Below, in pieces: positions 47,582 to 57,837 of a stretch of 64,000 nucleotides of DNA (the first letter of the stretch is position 1; each line of letters begins with the position of its first letter). The DNA comes from Promethearchaeota archaeon (GTDB lineage Archaea > Asgardarchaeota > Lokiarchaeia > Sigyniarchaeales > SOKP01). Under the pieces are notes generated by a model. The model was not told where the DNA came from and ran no database searches. It was given only the letters and a program-made list of their open reading frames with translations. The stretch is taken from contig JBHLNZ010000007.1 in NCBI GenBank assembly GCA_048941015.1, positions 1 through 64,000 of the forward strand. The letters are read 5' to 3'. Position numbers and translations under genes: made by a program.

Positions 47582-48193
47582 ATGGCTAAGAAAAAAAAAG
47601 AAGTTTGTCCTTACTGTGGGAAATCTTTTGCCTATTTAAGTCGCCATAAATGTAAAGTAAAAGAACGAATGGAAGGTATTGAAGATACTGATAAATCGGT
47701 TGTAGAAAGGAGAATGGAAAGAATTGAGGAGAGAAAGAAAGATTTTACCCGTACTCTAAAAAAGGATGAAAAGTTCATCCTAGAAATAATCAATAAAGAA
47801 AAGCAAATTTACTTCAATGAATTATTAAAATTATCGAATAAAAAGAGAAGTGAATTAGATGATATTCTAGACTTATTGGCTTTGCAGTCAAAAATTAAGA
47901 TAAAAAGGGAGCTTATAGATGCAGCATGGACAAAATTTATATCTGCAATTGAAGATATTGAGGTATCGGTTAAGGAAATTAAAATTGACTTTGATAAAAA
48001 AGATTTTATCCTTGAGATTTTCTCATATCAACCTTGTTTAATTTGTCCGTTCGCTAGCAAATGTAATGAAACAAATTTAGATCAATTCAATCCACATCAC
48101 TGTCCATGGTTAACTGATTGGATTAATGCTTCATTAGAAGGAAAAACATATAAAGTGAATTTTGATGAAATTGCATCAGAAATATTAGAATAA
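47582..48193 (+). CDS. TFE-beta / RPC34(C39)-like protein with N-terminal zinc finger
   Basis: CPYC...H.C N-terminus; winged-helix-like middle; PCLICP...C...PHHCPWLTDW FeS-type motif. Confidence 0.72.
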   Translation: MAKKKKEVCPYCGKSFAYLSRHKCKVKERMEGIEDTDKSVVERRMERIEERKKDFTRTLKKDEKFILEIINKEKQIYFNELLKLSNKKRSELDDILDLLALQSKIKIKRELIDAAWTKFISAIEDIEVSVKEIKIDFDKKDFILEIFSYQPCLICPFASKCNETNLDQFNPHHCPWLTDWINASLEGKTYKVNFDEIASEILE

Positions 48194-48814
48194 CTTGTTT
48201 AATCCAATAAGATAAATTTCATTACTTTTCTTTTTTGAAGATTTTGGTTTAAAGCTCTTCAAAATATTGAAATTTTTTTTCATATCTGCATAAAATTTGT
48301 CAAAATCTGTTCCTTGAAATACTTTTATGATGAAATTACCTTTCTTTTTGAGAAATTTTTTAAATTCAAGGATATTATAGCAAAGATTGAACTGCATGGC
48401 TTGATCACTAAATTTATTTCCAGATTTCTTAATACTAGCGTCTGAGATAATAAGATCTAATTTCTCTCCTTTAAAAAAAGAAGATAATTCTTTATGAAAA
48501 TCTGGGACAGTAAAGTCCATCTTTATTATTTCTATATCTTCAATTGGAGCTAAACTTTTGATATCAACTCCCAATATTTTAAAGTGATCGCGATGGTAAT
48601 ATTTATCTTTATATTTTTCTAAATTTTCAGAAGCAAATTTTTTTGCAACTTGTAACCATGAACCGGGAGCACTTCCTAAATCTAAAATATAGAAGGATCT
48701 CTTAAAGATATTAAATCTTTTTTGAATTTCTAACAATTTATAAGCAGAACGAGCCCTATAGCCTTCCTTTTTAGCCATTTTATAGTAAGAGTCTCTACTA
48801 TGTTCATCTGACAT
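48185..48814 (-). CDS. rlmE: 23S rRNA 2'-O-methyltransferase RlmE/FtsJ
   Basis: GYRARSAYKL, LDLGSAPGSWLQV, KVFQG, SNEIY. Confidence 0.93.
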   Translation of the reverse strand: MSDEHSRDSYYKMAKKEGYRARSAYKLLEIQKRFNIFKRSFYILDLGSAPGSWLQVAKKFASENLEKYKDKYYHRDHFKILGVDIKSLAPIEDIEIIKMDFTVPDFHKELSSFFKGEKLDLIISDASIKKSGNKFSDQAMQFNLCYNILEFKKFLKKKGNFIIKVFQGTDFDKFYADMKKNFNILKSFKPKSSKKKSNEIYLIGLNKLF

Positions 48815-48824
48815 AATTTTTCGG

Positions 48825-50060
48825 TTAATTAGTTATTTTCTGTAAAATTTTTTCTAATTTATCTATAGATAAATCTGTTTTAATTGCTAAAAAATCAAAA
48901 TGAGTTCTAGATGCCTTATATCCTTCTTGTTTTAATTTATTAATAATAATATTAATTTTAGGTATTGAAGATAATTTTAATTTTTGACTTAATTTATGAA
49001 TATTAAAATATGTTAGAGGCATATCTATTTCTTCTAAGGCAAATTGAACAATCTTATTGATTTTATTTTTATTATTTGAATCAATTTCTCTATTTAAGTT
49101 GTCAATCTTTTCTAAGAATGATCTATTATGTAATTTACTAATCCAAAGTGGGCCAGCATATTCAATCTTTTTACTTTCTCCACAAATAGGGCAGCAATGA
49201 GATATTTTTAAGATATTACTTGGAAAAGAGAAGCGATGTCCACAATTCATGCAGTGTATAATATATCCATAATTCTTAGTACTTTTCAATATTTTTTCTT
49301 TACTCGTAAAGGTTATAATAAAGACTCTGATAAAATGATTTGAGTAAAGTGTAAATAATGGGAGTATTCCGAGATTATTAATATTAGCAATTCTTGATAT
49401 GAAATATAATAAAATTCTCGCTCCTATTTCTTTACAGTATTCTGAATGCAAAGGTTTAGCCATATACTTCCTAATACATACACCTGGTTTAATGCCAAAT
49501 AAAACAGCTGTGTCGGTTGCTGTAACACACATGAATCCATTTTTTCTTTTAATTGCTTTAAATGCGGAGTCGACATATAAGTTTGGAGTACCATATGGAT
49601 CAATTGAAATAATATTTGGTTTTACATAGGCATTAATAGATTTAAGATATGACCCCTTGGCTAATTCTAAAAAGAGAAGATTAGCATCTTTATTCGAGAT
49701 TTCAATTTTAGAGTTTAATTTGTTTAATCGATTCAATTTTAAGTTTTTTCTTATAAATTCAACTGCAGATGGATCTATATCATTAATATAAATTCTTTTA
49801 ATATTATCACATTCTTTTAACATTCTTATTGAACTTATTCCTGAAGCAGCCATTGAATCAACGATAATCAATGATATTTGATTTTTAAGACATAAATTTT
49901 GATAAGCAATTATAGCTAAATTGGTAAAGTCTCGGTTTAATTCCATTTTTTTATTATAAAAAACATTCATAGATTTTGAAGGAATTGAATCTTTATCACG
50001 TCTATGAATGAAAATTTTCGCTGAGCCTTCCTCAATTATAACTAGTTCATTATCTTTCAT
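48825..50060 (-). CDS. trm1: tRNA (guanine26-N2)-dimethyltransferase
   Basis: VFYN..MELNRD, IDPYGTP, VTATD, GPLW, ASRTHF. Confidence 0.94.
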   Translation of the reverse strand: MKDNELVIIEEGSAKIFIHRRDKDSIPSKSMNVFYNKKMELNRDFTNLAIIAYQNLCLKNQISLIIVDSMAASGISSIRMLKECDNIKRIYINDIDPSAVEFIRKNLKLNRLNKLNSKIEISNKDANLLFLELAKGSYLKSINAYVKPNIISIDPYGTPNLYVDSAFKAIKRKNGFMCVTATDTAVLFGIKPGVCIRKYMAKPLHSEYCKEIGARILLYFISRIANINNLGILPLFTLYSNHFIRVFIITFTSKEKILKSTKNYGYIIHCMNCGHRFSFPSNILKISHCCPICGESKKIEYAGPLWISKLHNRSFLEKIDNLNREIDSNNKNKINKIVQFALEEIDMPLTYFNIHKLSQKLKLSSIPKINIIINKLKQEGYKASRTHFDFLAIKTDLSIDKLEKILQKITN

Positions 50061-50113
50061 GTTCTTGTAAAGATTTAAGATAAAAATTAATTTTTTGTAT
50101 AAAATTTATAAAC

Positions 50114-51100
50114 TTATAAAAATAAGTTAACTAGCTTTCTACTTCCTAAAATTCCTCCACATGTTGTTGCATGAATCTTTTCAATACTATTCTTCTTTAA
50201 CGGTTGAATTTCTTCTATTGTTTTAGTTTGATCAAGATTCTCTCCTTCACCTATTGTTAAAAATTCCCCACCAAGCAATTTCACAATAAATGCTAATGGA
50301 AGCCATTCATAATATAACCTGATTTTCCCTTTTGGTGAAGGAAAATATGCATATACTCCCCCATAATGAGTGATTGCATGAAAATCTCCCACAAGACTTC
50401 CTGAATATCTATCTTTAGTGTGTTTTTCTATTAATAATTTCTCATAAGTCTTGCATTTCTGAGACCACTTCCTAGGATCACCACCTAAGCATCTAATCCC
50501 CCCTTCTTCTTTATCTGGCATCATAATTTTATTATGAAAAACATAATGATAAAATGTGGTACTATATGGTACAGTATCAAGTAAAAATTCAGCCACTTTT
50601 CCATCAATTGCAAGAATTAAATTAGTAAAAATACCATATAAAACATAAAATCCACAAATAATCTTACCATTTTCATTAAATATACCCACTATTGTTCCTA
50701 CAGTTCTATTTACAGCTACATTTGAAGATCCATCAACAGGATCTGTAGTAATACCAAATATTCCTTCCCCTAAAACTGGAGCTGATTCCTCAGAAGCTAT
50801 AAATGCAAGATCTGTGTCAGTCTCCTGAAGTGTTTTAAGAATAATGCTATGGGTCAATAAATCTTCATGGATTTGCTCTTCATCATAAATATTTTTAGAA
50901 TCTTTTTTAGGTTTCATAATATTCATCCTTTGTTCAATTTCCCTTGAAGTTATACCCCGTTCCAGCAAGCCTCGAATCGGTATGGTTGCTTCTGCAATCG
51001 TTTCAATAATATCAATTATTTCTTCTTTATGTGGGAAATTTTGACGGATATTTTTTTCAAGCCACCGTGATAATTTTAATCTTTCAGTTTTTTCGCTCAT
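50114..51100 (-). CDS. fbp: Fructose-1,6-bisphosphatase class I
   Basis: ASEE, DPVDGSSN, VGTI, RYSGSLVGDFH, GKIRLYYE. Confidence 0.88.
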   Translation of the reverse strand: MSEKTERLKLSRWLEKNIRQNFPHKEEIIDIIETIAEATIPIRGLLERGITSREIEQRMNIMKPKKDSKNIYDEEQIHEDLLTHSIILKTLQETDTDLAFIASEESAPVLGEGIFGITTDPVDGSSNVAVNRTVGTIVGIFNENGKIICGFYVLYGIFTNLILAIDGKVAEFLLDTVPYSTTFYHYVFHNKIMMPDKEEGGIRCLGGDPRKWSQKCKTYEKLLIEKHTKDRYSGSLVGDFHAITHYGGVYAYFPSPKGKIRLYYEWLPLAFIVKLLGGEFLTIGEGENLDQTKTIEEIQPLKKNSIEKIHATTCGGILGSRKLVNLFL

Positions 51101-51315
51101 TTTATTGAATATTAAATCTATTTCATTTAATTTAATTAAAATAATGACATATGGTTGATAACTCTTTTTAAAGCTCTTTCTATTTTATTAAATTATATAT
51201 AAAATATTTTTTCTATATAAAATACATAAACAATATTTATAATTTCTAATCAAACTATAATAGAGAGATTAAGAAAAAAGGTGAGAAAGCTATAAGATCA
51301 AAGAAAATAATCAAG

Positions 51316-52407
51316 ATGAAAAGTGTTATTAAACAAAACTCTTTTGCGTTTTCTATTGTATTAATTTGGTTTTTGGGTAATTTTTTATTTTTTCTATGGG
51401 TCACAGCAGATTTCTCAGATACATTATTAATATTATTCTATTTTAAAGCTCATGAAAGCCTATATGGGAACTTTTATGCAAATTTTTCTGAATTTATAAT
51501 ATTTGGAGTACTTTTTTCTTTAATAACAATCGACTTATTTAGAAAATATAATCCCGTTGACACTTGTCGAAAATTGGCTAACAGTTACGGTAATCACATC
51601 GTTATTATTGGTTATAATCACATTGGTAAAAGAATCGCAGAACATCTGAAAGAGATTGGAGAAAGTTATGTCATTATTGAAAAACGTAAAGATGCTATTC
51701 AAGATTTAATAGATAATGAGGAACCTGTAGTAAATGATGATGCTTTAAGTTTCGATACTCTATTAGATGCAGGAGTTGATAAAGCTAAAGCAGTTATGAT
51801 AATGAGTGACAATTTAGAAGTCCAATTTGTATTGAATGCGGACGTAAGACAATTAAATAAAGGATGTAAACTAATTTGTAGAATCTTCGAAGACGATATA
51901 GGAGAATTAATCTCAAAAACATATAATGCAAAGATTATTTCAACTTCAAAGTTCACGGCTGATATAATCTATGATAAAGTCATAAAGAATAGGTATAGGA
52001 ATATTTTATTGATTGGAATGAATCATATTACTGCAAGATTGATTGAAAAATTTCAAAGAATGCCTAACCTTAAATATCAAATAATTGAGGAAAATGAAGA
52101 AATTATCGAGGATATTGCATTTGATAAAGAACCAATAATAATTGGTGACCCAAAAGATTATACTTTATTAAAGAAAATTAGTGTTCAGGATTTTGATTAT
52201 ATTATAAATTTAATACCTAATGTTACAGATTCAATTCTAATAATAAAACGCATCAGAGAATTAAATAAATCATGCAAAATACTTGCTAGGTTCTTTAATG
52301 ATAACGTTGCTGATATACTTGAAAAACCTCCATTTAATACAAAAGTCATATCTTCATCTAAATATACTTTGAAGAATATGATTAAGAAAGGAATGATGAA
52401 TTTCTAA
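51316..52407 (+). CDS. Membrane protein with two RCK/TrkA-N domains
   Basis: Two TM segments then HIVIIGYNHIG and NILLIGMNHIT Rossmann-like repeats. Confidence 0.8.
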   Translation: MKSVIKQNSFAFSIVLIWFLGNFLFFLWVTADFSDTLLILFYFKAHESLYGNFYANFSEFIIFGVLFSLITIDLFRKYNPVDTCRKLANSYGNHIVIIGYNHIGKRIAEHLKEIGESYVIIEKRKDAIQDLIDNEEPVVNDDALSFDTLLDAGVDKAKAVMIMSDNLEVQFVLNADVRQLNKGCKLICRIFEDDIGELISKTYNAKIISTSKFTADIIYDKVIKNRYRNILLIGMNHITARLIEKFQRMPNLKYQIIEENEEIIEDIAFDKEPIIIGDPKDYTLLKKISVQDFDYIINLIPNVTDSILIIKRIRELNKSCKILARFFNDNVADILEKPPFNTKVISSSKYTLKNMIKKGMMNF

Positions 52408-52421
52408 AAATAAGATATTAC

Positions 52422-53108
52422 TTATTGAAATCCTTTTTCTGAGAAAATTGAATAATACTCTTCGGAAGTTTTTTCTTCTTTTCTTGATAAGATTAATCTT
52501 CTATGATTCAATTTTTCAGTTCTTTCTATTTTTAATGAATAATTGATCCAATACTCCATAATTTTACCACCAGCTTGAATTTGAATAGTTCGACCATTAA
52601 TTTTTGTCTGGCTAACTTCAGTTGTAATCAAGATTTCAGTTTTATAATTCCAATTTAAAATGTAAAGATTGGCTAAAATTTGATTTAACTTATAATTAAG
52701 TATAAAATTCTTTTCTTTTTTGTCTCTATTTAATTCTAATCGATATAAATCAGTTATAGAATCAACAACTATTAAGTATATATTATTAGCTTTTAAATTC
52801 TTTAAAACATCAAATTCTAAATTAAATATTATTGTGTATAAGTCATCATAATCTAAAACCTGAATAAACAAAATTTTATCAAGTATCTTTTTCGAAGAAG
52901 GTTGAATAAAATTTTTTATTTTTTCAAATGGAAAATTAGGTTTACTATATATGAAAATGACATTTTTTCCGTTTAAAGCATTAATAATAGCTGTTTGTAA
53001 GGCAAAAGTAGTCTTTCCAACTCCTATCTCACCCCAAATAGAAAAAATTCCCTTAAATGGCTCTTTAGTGTTTACTTTTTTATTAAGTTGGAAAATTGGA
53101 AAATTCAT
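52422..53108 (-). CDS. RadB-like RecA-family ATPase
   Basis: GEIGVGKT, LIVVDSITDLYR, AGG..MEYW. Confidence 0.8.
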   Translation of the reverse strand: MNFPIFQLNKKVNTKEPFKGIFSIWGEIGVGKTTFALQTAIINALNGKNVIFIYSKPNFPFEKIKNFIQPSSKKILDKILFIQVLDYDDLYTIIFNLEFDVLKNLKANNIYLIVVDSITDLYRLELNRDKKEKNFILNYKLNQILANLYILNWNYKTEILITTEVSQTKINGRTIQIQAGGKIMEYWINYSLKIERTEKLNHRRLILSRKEEKTSEEYYSIFSEKGFQ

Positions 53109-53149
53109 AATTTAAAATTTTAATTTTATAGTTAATTTATATAACTGAT

Positions 53150-54001
53150 TTGAAAAAAAAATTTTTGTATATTTTAACTGAGAATCTGAACTTTTTCTAT
53201 AAATTAAATAAAATTTTAACTGAGAAAAAAATAAGCTTTAAAGTTTTAACACTTGGAAGTAAAATACCAAGTATAGCTTCCTTAATACTCACAACATCGG
53301 AAGAAGTCCCAAAGTTTGAAACCAAAAATAACAACGTAAAGTTTCTAATTTATTCTCCTGAAATTTTTTTTGAGGATTATATTCTTAGAGTTATCGCAGC
53401 ATATAGAATTGAATATAAAGAGCATTATTCGAAATTAACATTTTCAATAGATCCAGGAAAAAGAATTGGATTAATGGTTTTCTTAGATAATTATTATTTA
53501 GATTCCTATTGTTGTTATAAAATGGAGGAATTAATAGAAAAAATAATAAAAATTATAAAAATTTTTCAAAAAAATAATCCGTATTTAATTGACGTAGATT
53601 TTAAATTTGGAAGAGGGGTATTATCAATAACTTATGAATTAGTAAAAAGGATTTATAAAATCTTCAAGAATCGGCAGAATATGAGAGTCTATTTAATAGA
53701 TGAATCTAGAACTTCGAAAATTAAGAATTTAAATAAATTTAAAGGAAAGAAATTATCTAAGGATGAAATCTCTGCGTTAATTTTAGCAATGAGGGAAGGG
53801 ATGGAAGTCACACATGAAAATTATATTAAGATTTTTAATAAAATAAAATCTAAAAAATTAAAACTAAATCCTATAAATAAGAGAGATTCTGAAAGTAATA
53901 ATGGAGCTTCATTCAAAATAGAAGATATTATAGAAAAAGTCTTAAGCGGTGAATATTCATTAATCGAATCATCGCAATTAATAAAAAATGATGATATTTA
54001 A
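53150..54001 (+). CDS. Hypothetical protein with RNase H-like (YqgF-type) motifs
   Basis: SIDPGKRIGL, IDESRTS, DEISA. Confidence 0.6.
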   Translation: MKKKFLYILTENLNFFYKLNKILTEKKISFKVLTLGSKIPSIASLILTTSEEVPKFETKNNNVKFLIYSPEIFFEDYILRVIAAYRIEYKEHYSKLTFSIDPGKRIGLMVFLDNYYLDSYCCYKMEELIEKIIKIIKIFQKNNPYLIDVDFKFGRGVLSITYELVKRIYKIFKNRQNMRVYLIDESRTSKIKNLNKFKGKKLSKDEISALILAMREGMEVTHENYIKIFNKIKSKKLKLNPINKRDSESNNGASFKIEDIIEKVLSGEYSLIESSQLIKNDDI

Positions 54002-54153
54002 ATTCAAAAAGAATTAACTTTTTTTAACAGATAGAATTTAAGTATTCAAATTAGGCTAATTTAATAAAAAAAATTTTTACAAATATTTTTAATTCTACAA
54101 AGAATTGGAAGCCTTTTAAGTTAGCTTATTTTGAAATTGGGATAATATTAATT

Positions 54154-55275
54154 ATGAAACGATTCATAGCTATCGATATCTTTCGAGGACTCTGCATTTT
54201 TTATATGACATTTGGACATATGGTATATTGGGGGGTTTCATCTGCAAACTTTTGGCTTTATGAAATCATTTGGAATTTTGGGGCACCGATTGGTGGAGGT
54301 GGATTTTTATTAGTATCAGGTATGAGCGCATCTCTTTCTTATAGAAACAGAGTAAATAAAGCTAAAATTTCTGGTGATATTAGACTGAAAAATATAAGAA
54401 ATGAGTATCTGTTAAGAGCTTTAATTATTCTTTTAATATCAACTGTATGGAACTTTATAGGAACTTTGTTTATGAATCTTCCAGGAATTTGGTTATGGTT
54501 TGTTATACAAACAATTTCATTCTCTTTATTAATGGCATGGCCTCTTTTTAGAGTATCAAAATTTCTTAGATTAATATTATGTTTTTCCAGCTGGATTGGT
54601 AATGAATTGATATTCTTTTGGTTAAGCCCTTATTATGGGCAACAAAATATTTTTGGAATTTTATTTTATATCCTATATAATACTCCTGAACAAAATGTCA
54701 TTTTAGGATACTTTCCTTTTCTTCTGTTAGGGACTGTCCTTGGTGATTTATTTTTTGAATCCAGCTTACATCAAGAATTAAACGAGCAGAATAATTTTCT
54801 TAAAGAAAAACTTATAAAGCCAAGTATAATTGGAGGTTTTATTTTAATAGTATTCGGGTTATTATTTCGTTTTCCTGATTTTTCTAATAAAGAAACCTTT
54901 TCATCTCATATGTTTATTGTGGGAATTGAGCTCATTTTAATCTCAATTTTAACTTATTTAAAGGATATTAAAAAAATCCATTTTAATAAAAGATACCGAG
55001 TATTTGAATATTATTCGTTTTATTCTTTTACAATATTTCTTGCTCATAATCTACTCTATTTTCTATTTCAACCTAGATTAAATTTTATTGAAATTTGGTT
55101 ATATATTGTTCCAATAATGGTTTTATGGACTTTACTATTTAGATTTATTTATAAGAAATGGGGAAAATATGTTTCATTAAAATTTTTAATTAACAAATCA
55201 GCAGTTTATATTAGTGATAAATTAGAACTAGCTCATACTTCAGGAGAAAAAATAAGGTTAATTAAGAGAAATTAA
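54154..55275 (+). CDS. Membrane acyltransferase-like protein (DUF1624/HGSNAT-like)
   Basis: RFIAIDIFRGL...M..GH; multi-TM; HN motif. Confidence 0.8.
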   Translation: MKRFIAIDIFRGLCIFYMTFGHMVYWGVSSANFWLYEIIWNFGAPIGGGGFLLVSGMSASLSYRNRVNKAKISGDIRLKNIRNEYLLRALIILLISTVWNFIGTLFMNLPGIWLWFVIQTISFSLLMAWPLFRVSKFLRLILCFSSWIGNELIFFWLSPYYGQQNIFGILFYILYNTPEQNVILGYFPFLLLGTVLGDLFFESSLHQELNEQNNFLKEKLIKPSIIGGFILIVFGLLFRFPDFSNKETFSSHMFIVGIELILISILTYLKDIKKIHFNKRYRVFEYYSFYSFTIFLAHNLLYFLFQPRLNFIEIWLYIVPIMVLWTLLFRFIYKKWGKYVSLKFLINKSAVYISDKLELAHTSGEKIRLIKRN

Positions 55276-55292
55276 GAAAGTAGCAAATAATT

Positions 55293-56369
55293 ATGAAACG
55301 TATAAAAGCAATTGATACTTTTCGTGGTTTAAGTATGTTATGGATGTTTTTTGGACATCTTCAAGCTTGGTGGTTAAGAGATACTGATTTATGGCTTTAT
55401 AATTTAACCTTTAAAATAGTTGATCCCATAGGTTCATCTGCATTTATTTTTATTGCAGGAATAACGACAGTAATTTCAATAAGAGGAAGATTTGTAAAAG
55501 CAAAAATATCAGAAAATTATAATTATCGAGTTATAAGGAAGGAATATTTTTATAGAGCAACAATAATATTTATAATCGCAATTTTGTATAACAGTAGTAT
55601 TGCATTAACAATTATGAATCCAATATGGATATGGACTTGGTTTGTGTTGTTAACTGTATCAGTATCACTTTTTATGGGCTGGTATCTGATGAAATTACCG
55701 ATTTTGTATAGAATTATCATTGGAACATTGATATGGATTATAAGCCAGGCTATTTTATCATCTTTATATCCTTATCAAAACCAAATCAACATTTATGGTG
55801 TAATTTTTCATATTTTTTTTCATAGATTAGAATTAGATGTAATTCTCTACTTTTTTCCATTTTTCTTGTTTGGGACAGTTGTAGGAGATCTTTTATACAA
55901 GTATTATAACATTGAGAATAAATATAAAAGGAGGAAAATAATTGTTAATAAAGTTATTTTACCTATATTCTGGGTTGGAATATTATTAATAATTTTTGGA
56001 ATCCTTTTTCAATTTCCTAAATTTTTTATTAATAGGAGTTTTCCATGGTTATTCTATACACTAGGTATTGATTTAACACTACTAGCAATTCTTATCATAT
56101 TTGAGGAGTTTCCTCTAATTAATACTAAAAAAGGACTACATTTTCTTTTTTATTTTTCTTATTATTCACTAACAGTATATCTAGCTCATAATATACTTTA
56201 TTTCATATTCTTCAATAAATTAAATATATTTAATATTTGGATCTTCATTCTAATCACATGTATCCTAACGGGAATAATATTAAGATTGATTTATAAAAGA
56301 TTTGGGTCAAAATTATCTTTAAAGGTCCAAATCGGTAGGTTGGCTTACTATTTGGCGAAGAAAAAATAA
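55293..56369 (+). CDS. Membrane acyltransferase-like protein, tandem paralog
   Basis: RIKAIDTFRGL...M..GH; FFPFFLFGT; SLTVYLAHN. Confidence 0.8.
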   Translation: MKRIKAIDTFRGLSMLWMFFGHLQAWWLRDTDLWLYNLTFKIVDPIGSSAFIFIAGITTVISIRGRFVKAKISENYNYRVIRKEYFYRATIIFIIAILYNSSIALTIMNPIWIWTWFVLLTVSVSLFMGWYLMKLPILYRIIIGTLIWIISQAILSSLYPYQNQINIYGVIFHIFFHRLELDVILYFFPFFLFGTVVGDLLYKYYNIENKYKRRKIIVNKVILPIFWVGILLIIFGILFQFPKFFINRSFPWLFYTLGIDLTLLAILIIFEEFPLINTKKGLHFLFYFSYYSLTVYLAHNILYFIFFNKLNIFNIWIFILITCILTGIILRLIYKRFGSKLSLKVQIGRLAYYLAKKK

Positions 56370-56372
56370 TTT

Positions 56373-56891
56373 TTACTCCTTTTTTATTGTCTCACATCTA
56401 ATTTCCATCGGAATCTTCATATGTATATTATTGTAATATCTGAAATTAATATAGTTGTTAAATAAGAAATTAATTGTTTTTATATAGACTCCATTATTCC
56501 CAATAGCAATAGCTCGATCTTTGTTTATACAATATAGTATTCTTACTAATTTTTTATCTGAATTTCCATGCTGACCTAATATTATATCATAAATATTAGT
56601 ATCTTGGAAAAAGCTGAATAATAACCGTATTAAAGTTGATTCTTCTCTCAGAATTATTATCTTCTTATTTTTTAACATGGATCTTAATTTTCTTATATAC
56701 TGTTTAGATTTAAAATAATCTTGGTTATTGACGAAAAAGAATATATAGGCTTCTTTAATGATTATATTGACTGGAAAGGTTTTGGTTATTTTATAAAATA
56801 ATTGATAAAATTTTAATTCCGTATTTGAGAATTTTTTTTTAATGTCAATAATCTGCCAAAAGAAAAAATAATCTTCAATAATGCTATACAT
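56373..56891 (-). CDS. Divergent NusA-like KH-domain protein
   Basis: DRAIAIGNNGVYIK KH-like loop. Confidence 0.55.
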   Translation of the reverse strand: MYSIIEDYFFFWQIIDIKKKFSNTELKFYQLFYKITKTFPVNIIIKEAYIFFFVNNQDYFKSKQYIRKLRSMLKNKKIIILREESTLIRLLFSFFQDTNIYDIILGQHGNSDKKLVRILYCINKDRAIAIGNNGVYIKTINFLFNNYINFRYYNNIHMKIPMEIRCETIKKE

Positions 56892-57021
56892 TAAAATATA
56901 ATTTTAATTCAAAGATTTAAAATTCGATAAATTTATTTTTATTTAAATTTAATAAATTTAGCTCATAAATAATTTTATTTTATGCTTAGGTCAAAATTTT
57001 AGGTTAAAAAGATAAACTGAA

Positions 57022-57822
57022 ATGAAAGAAAGATTGGACTTACTTCTAGTAGAAAGAAGATTTGTTGAAAGTAGGACAAAAGCACAGTGGTTGATAAAAA
57101 ATGGTTTTGTATATGTGAATGGGAAAAAGGTATTAAAACCTGGAAAAAAGGTGGATAATTTTAATGAGATATTATTAATAGAAGAATTTCCATATGTTGG
57201 TCGAGGTGGGTTAAAATTAGAAGCCGCCCTAAAGTATTTTTCAATTGAAGTTAAAGAGAAAGTCTGTGCTGATATTGGAGCAAGTATAGGTGGATTTACA
57301 GATTGCTTATTAAAACACGGAGCGAGAAGAGTTTATGCAATTGACACAGCAACAGACTTATTACACCCTTCTTTAAGATGTAATAAAGTTAAGGAAAAAG
57401 TAATTCCTTTATTAGGCGTTGATGCACGCACTTTAGATACATTAAATGAAAAGATAGATGTAGTTACAATTGATGTCACTTTTGCTACAATAAAAAGTAT
57501 TCTTCCAAATGTAAAGAACTATTTAAAAGAGAATGGAGATATCATCGTTTTAGTAAAACCTATTTTTGAAACAGATTTTTATCAAGAGGTTAAATTGGAA
57601 ATAATAAGAGATTCAAAAAAATTATACGATATATTGATAGATTTATTAGAATGGTGTTGGAATAATGGATTAATTCTATATAAGATCTTAAAATCCCCAC
57701 TTTTAGGAAAAGGAGGATCTATTGAATTTTTAATTCATTTAAAGATAAAAGGTCTAGATAAAATTAACTTTCATTCTCAAAAGCAATTAATCGAATTAGA
57801 ATTTCAAAATGAAAAAAAATAA
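57022..57822 (+). CDS. tlyA: TlyA-family rRNA methyltransferase
   Basis: ERLDLLLV S4 domain, YVGRGGLKL, DIGASIGGFTDCLL, LVKP.FE. Confidence 0.92.
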   Translation: MKERLDLLLVERRFVESRTKAQWLIKNGFVYVNGKKVLKPGKKVDNFNEILLIEEFPYVGRGGLKLEAALKYFSIEVKEKVCADIGASIGGFTDCLLKHGARRVYAIDTATDLLHPSLRCNKVKEKVIPLLGVDARTLDTLNEKIDVVTIDVTFATIKSILPNVKNYLKENGDIIVLVKPIFETDFYQEVKLEIIRDSKKLYDILIDLLEWCWNNGLILYKILKSPLLGKGGSIEFLIHLKIKGLDKINFHSQKQLIELEFQNEKK

Positions 57823-57837
57823 TAATGTTCTAAAAAT

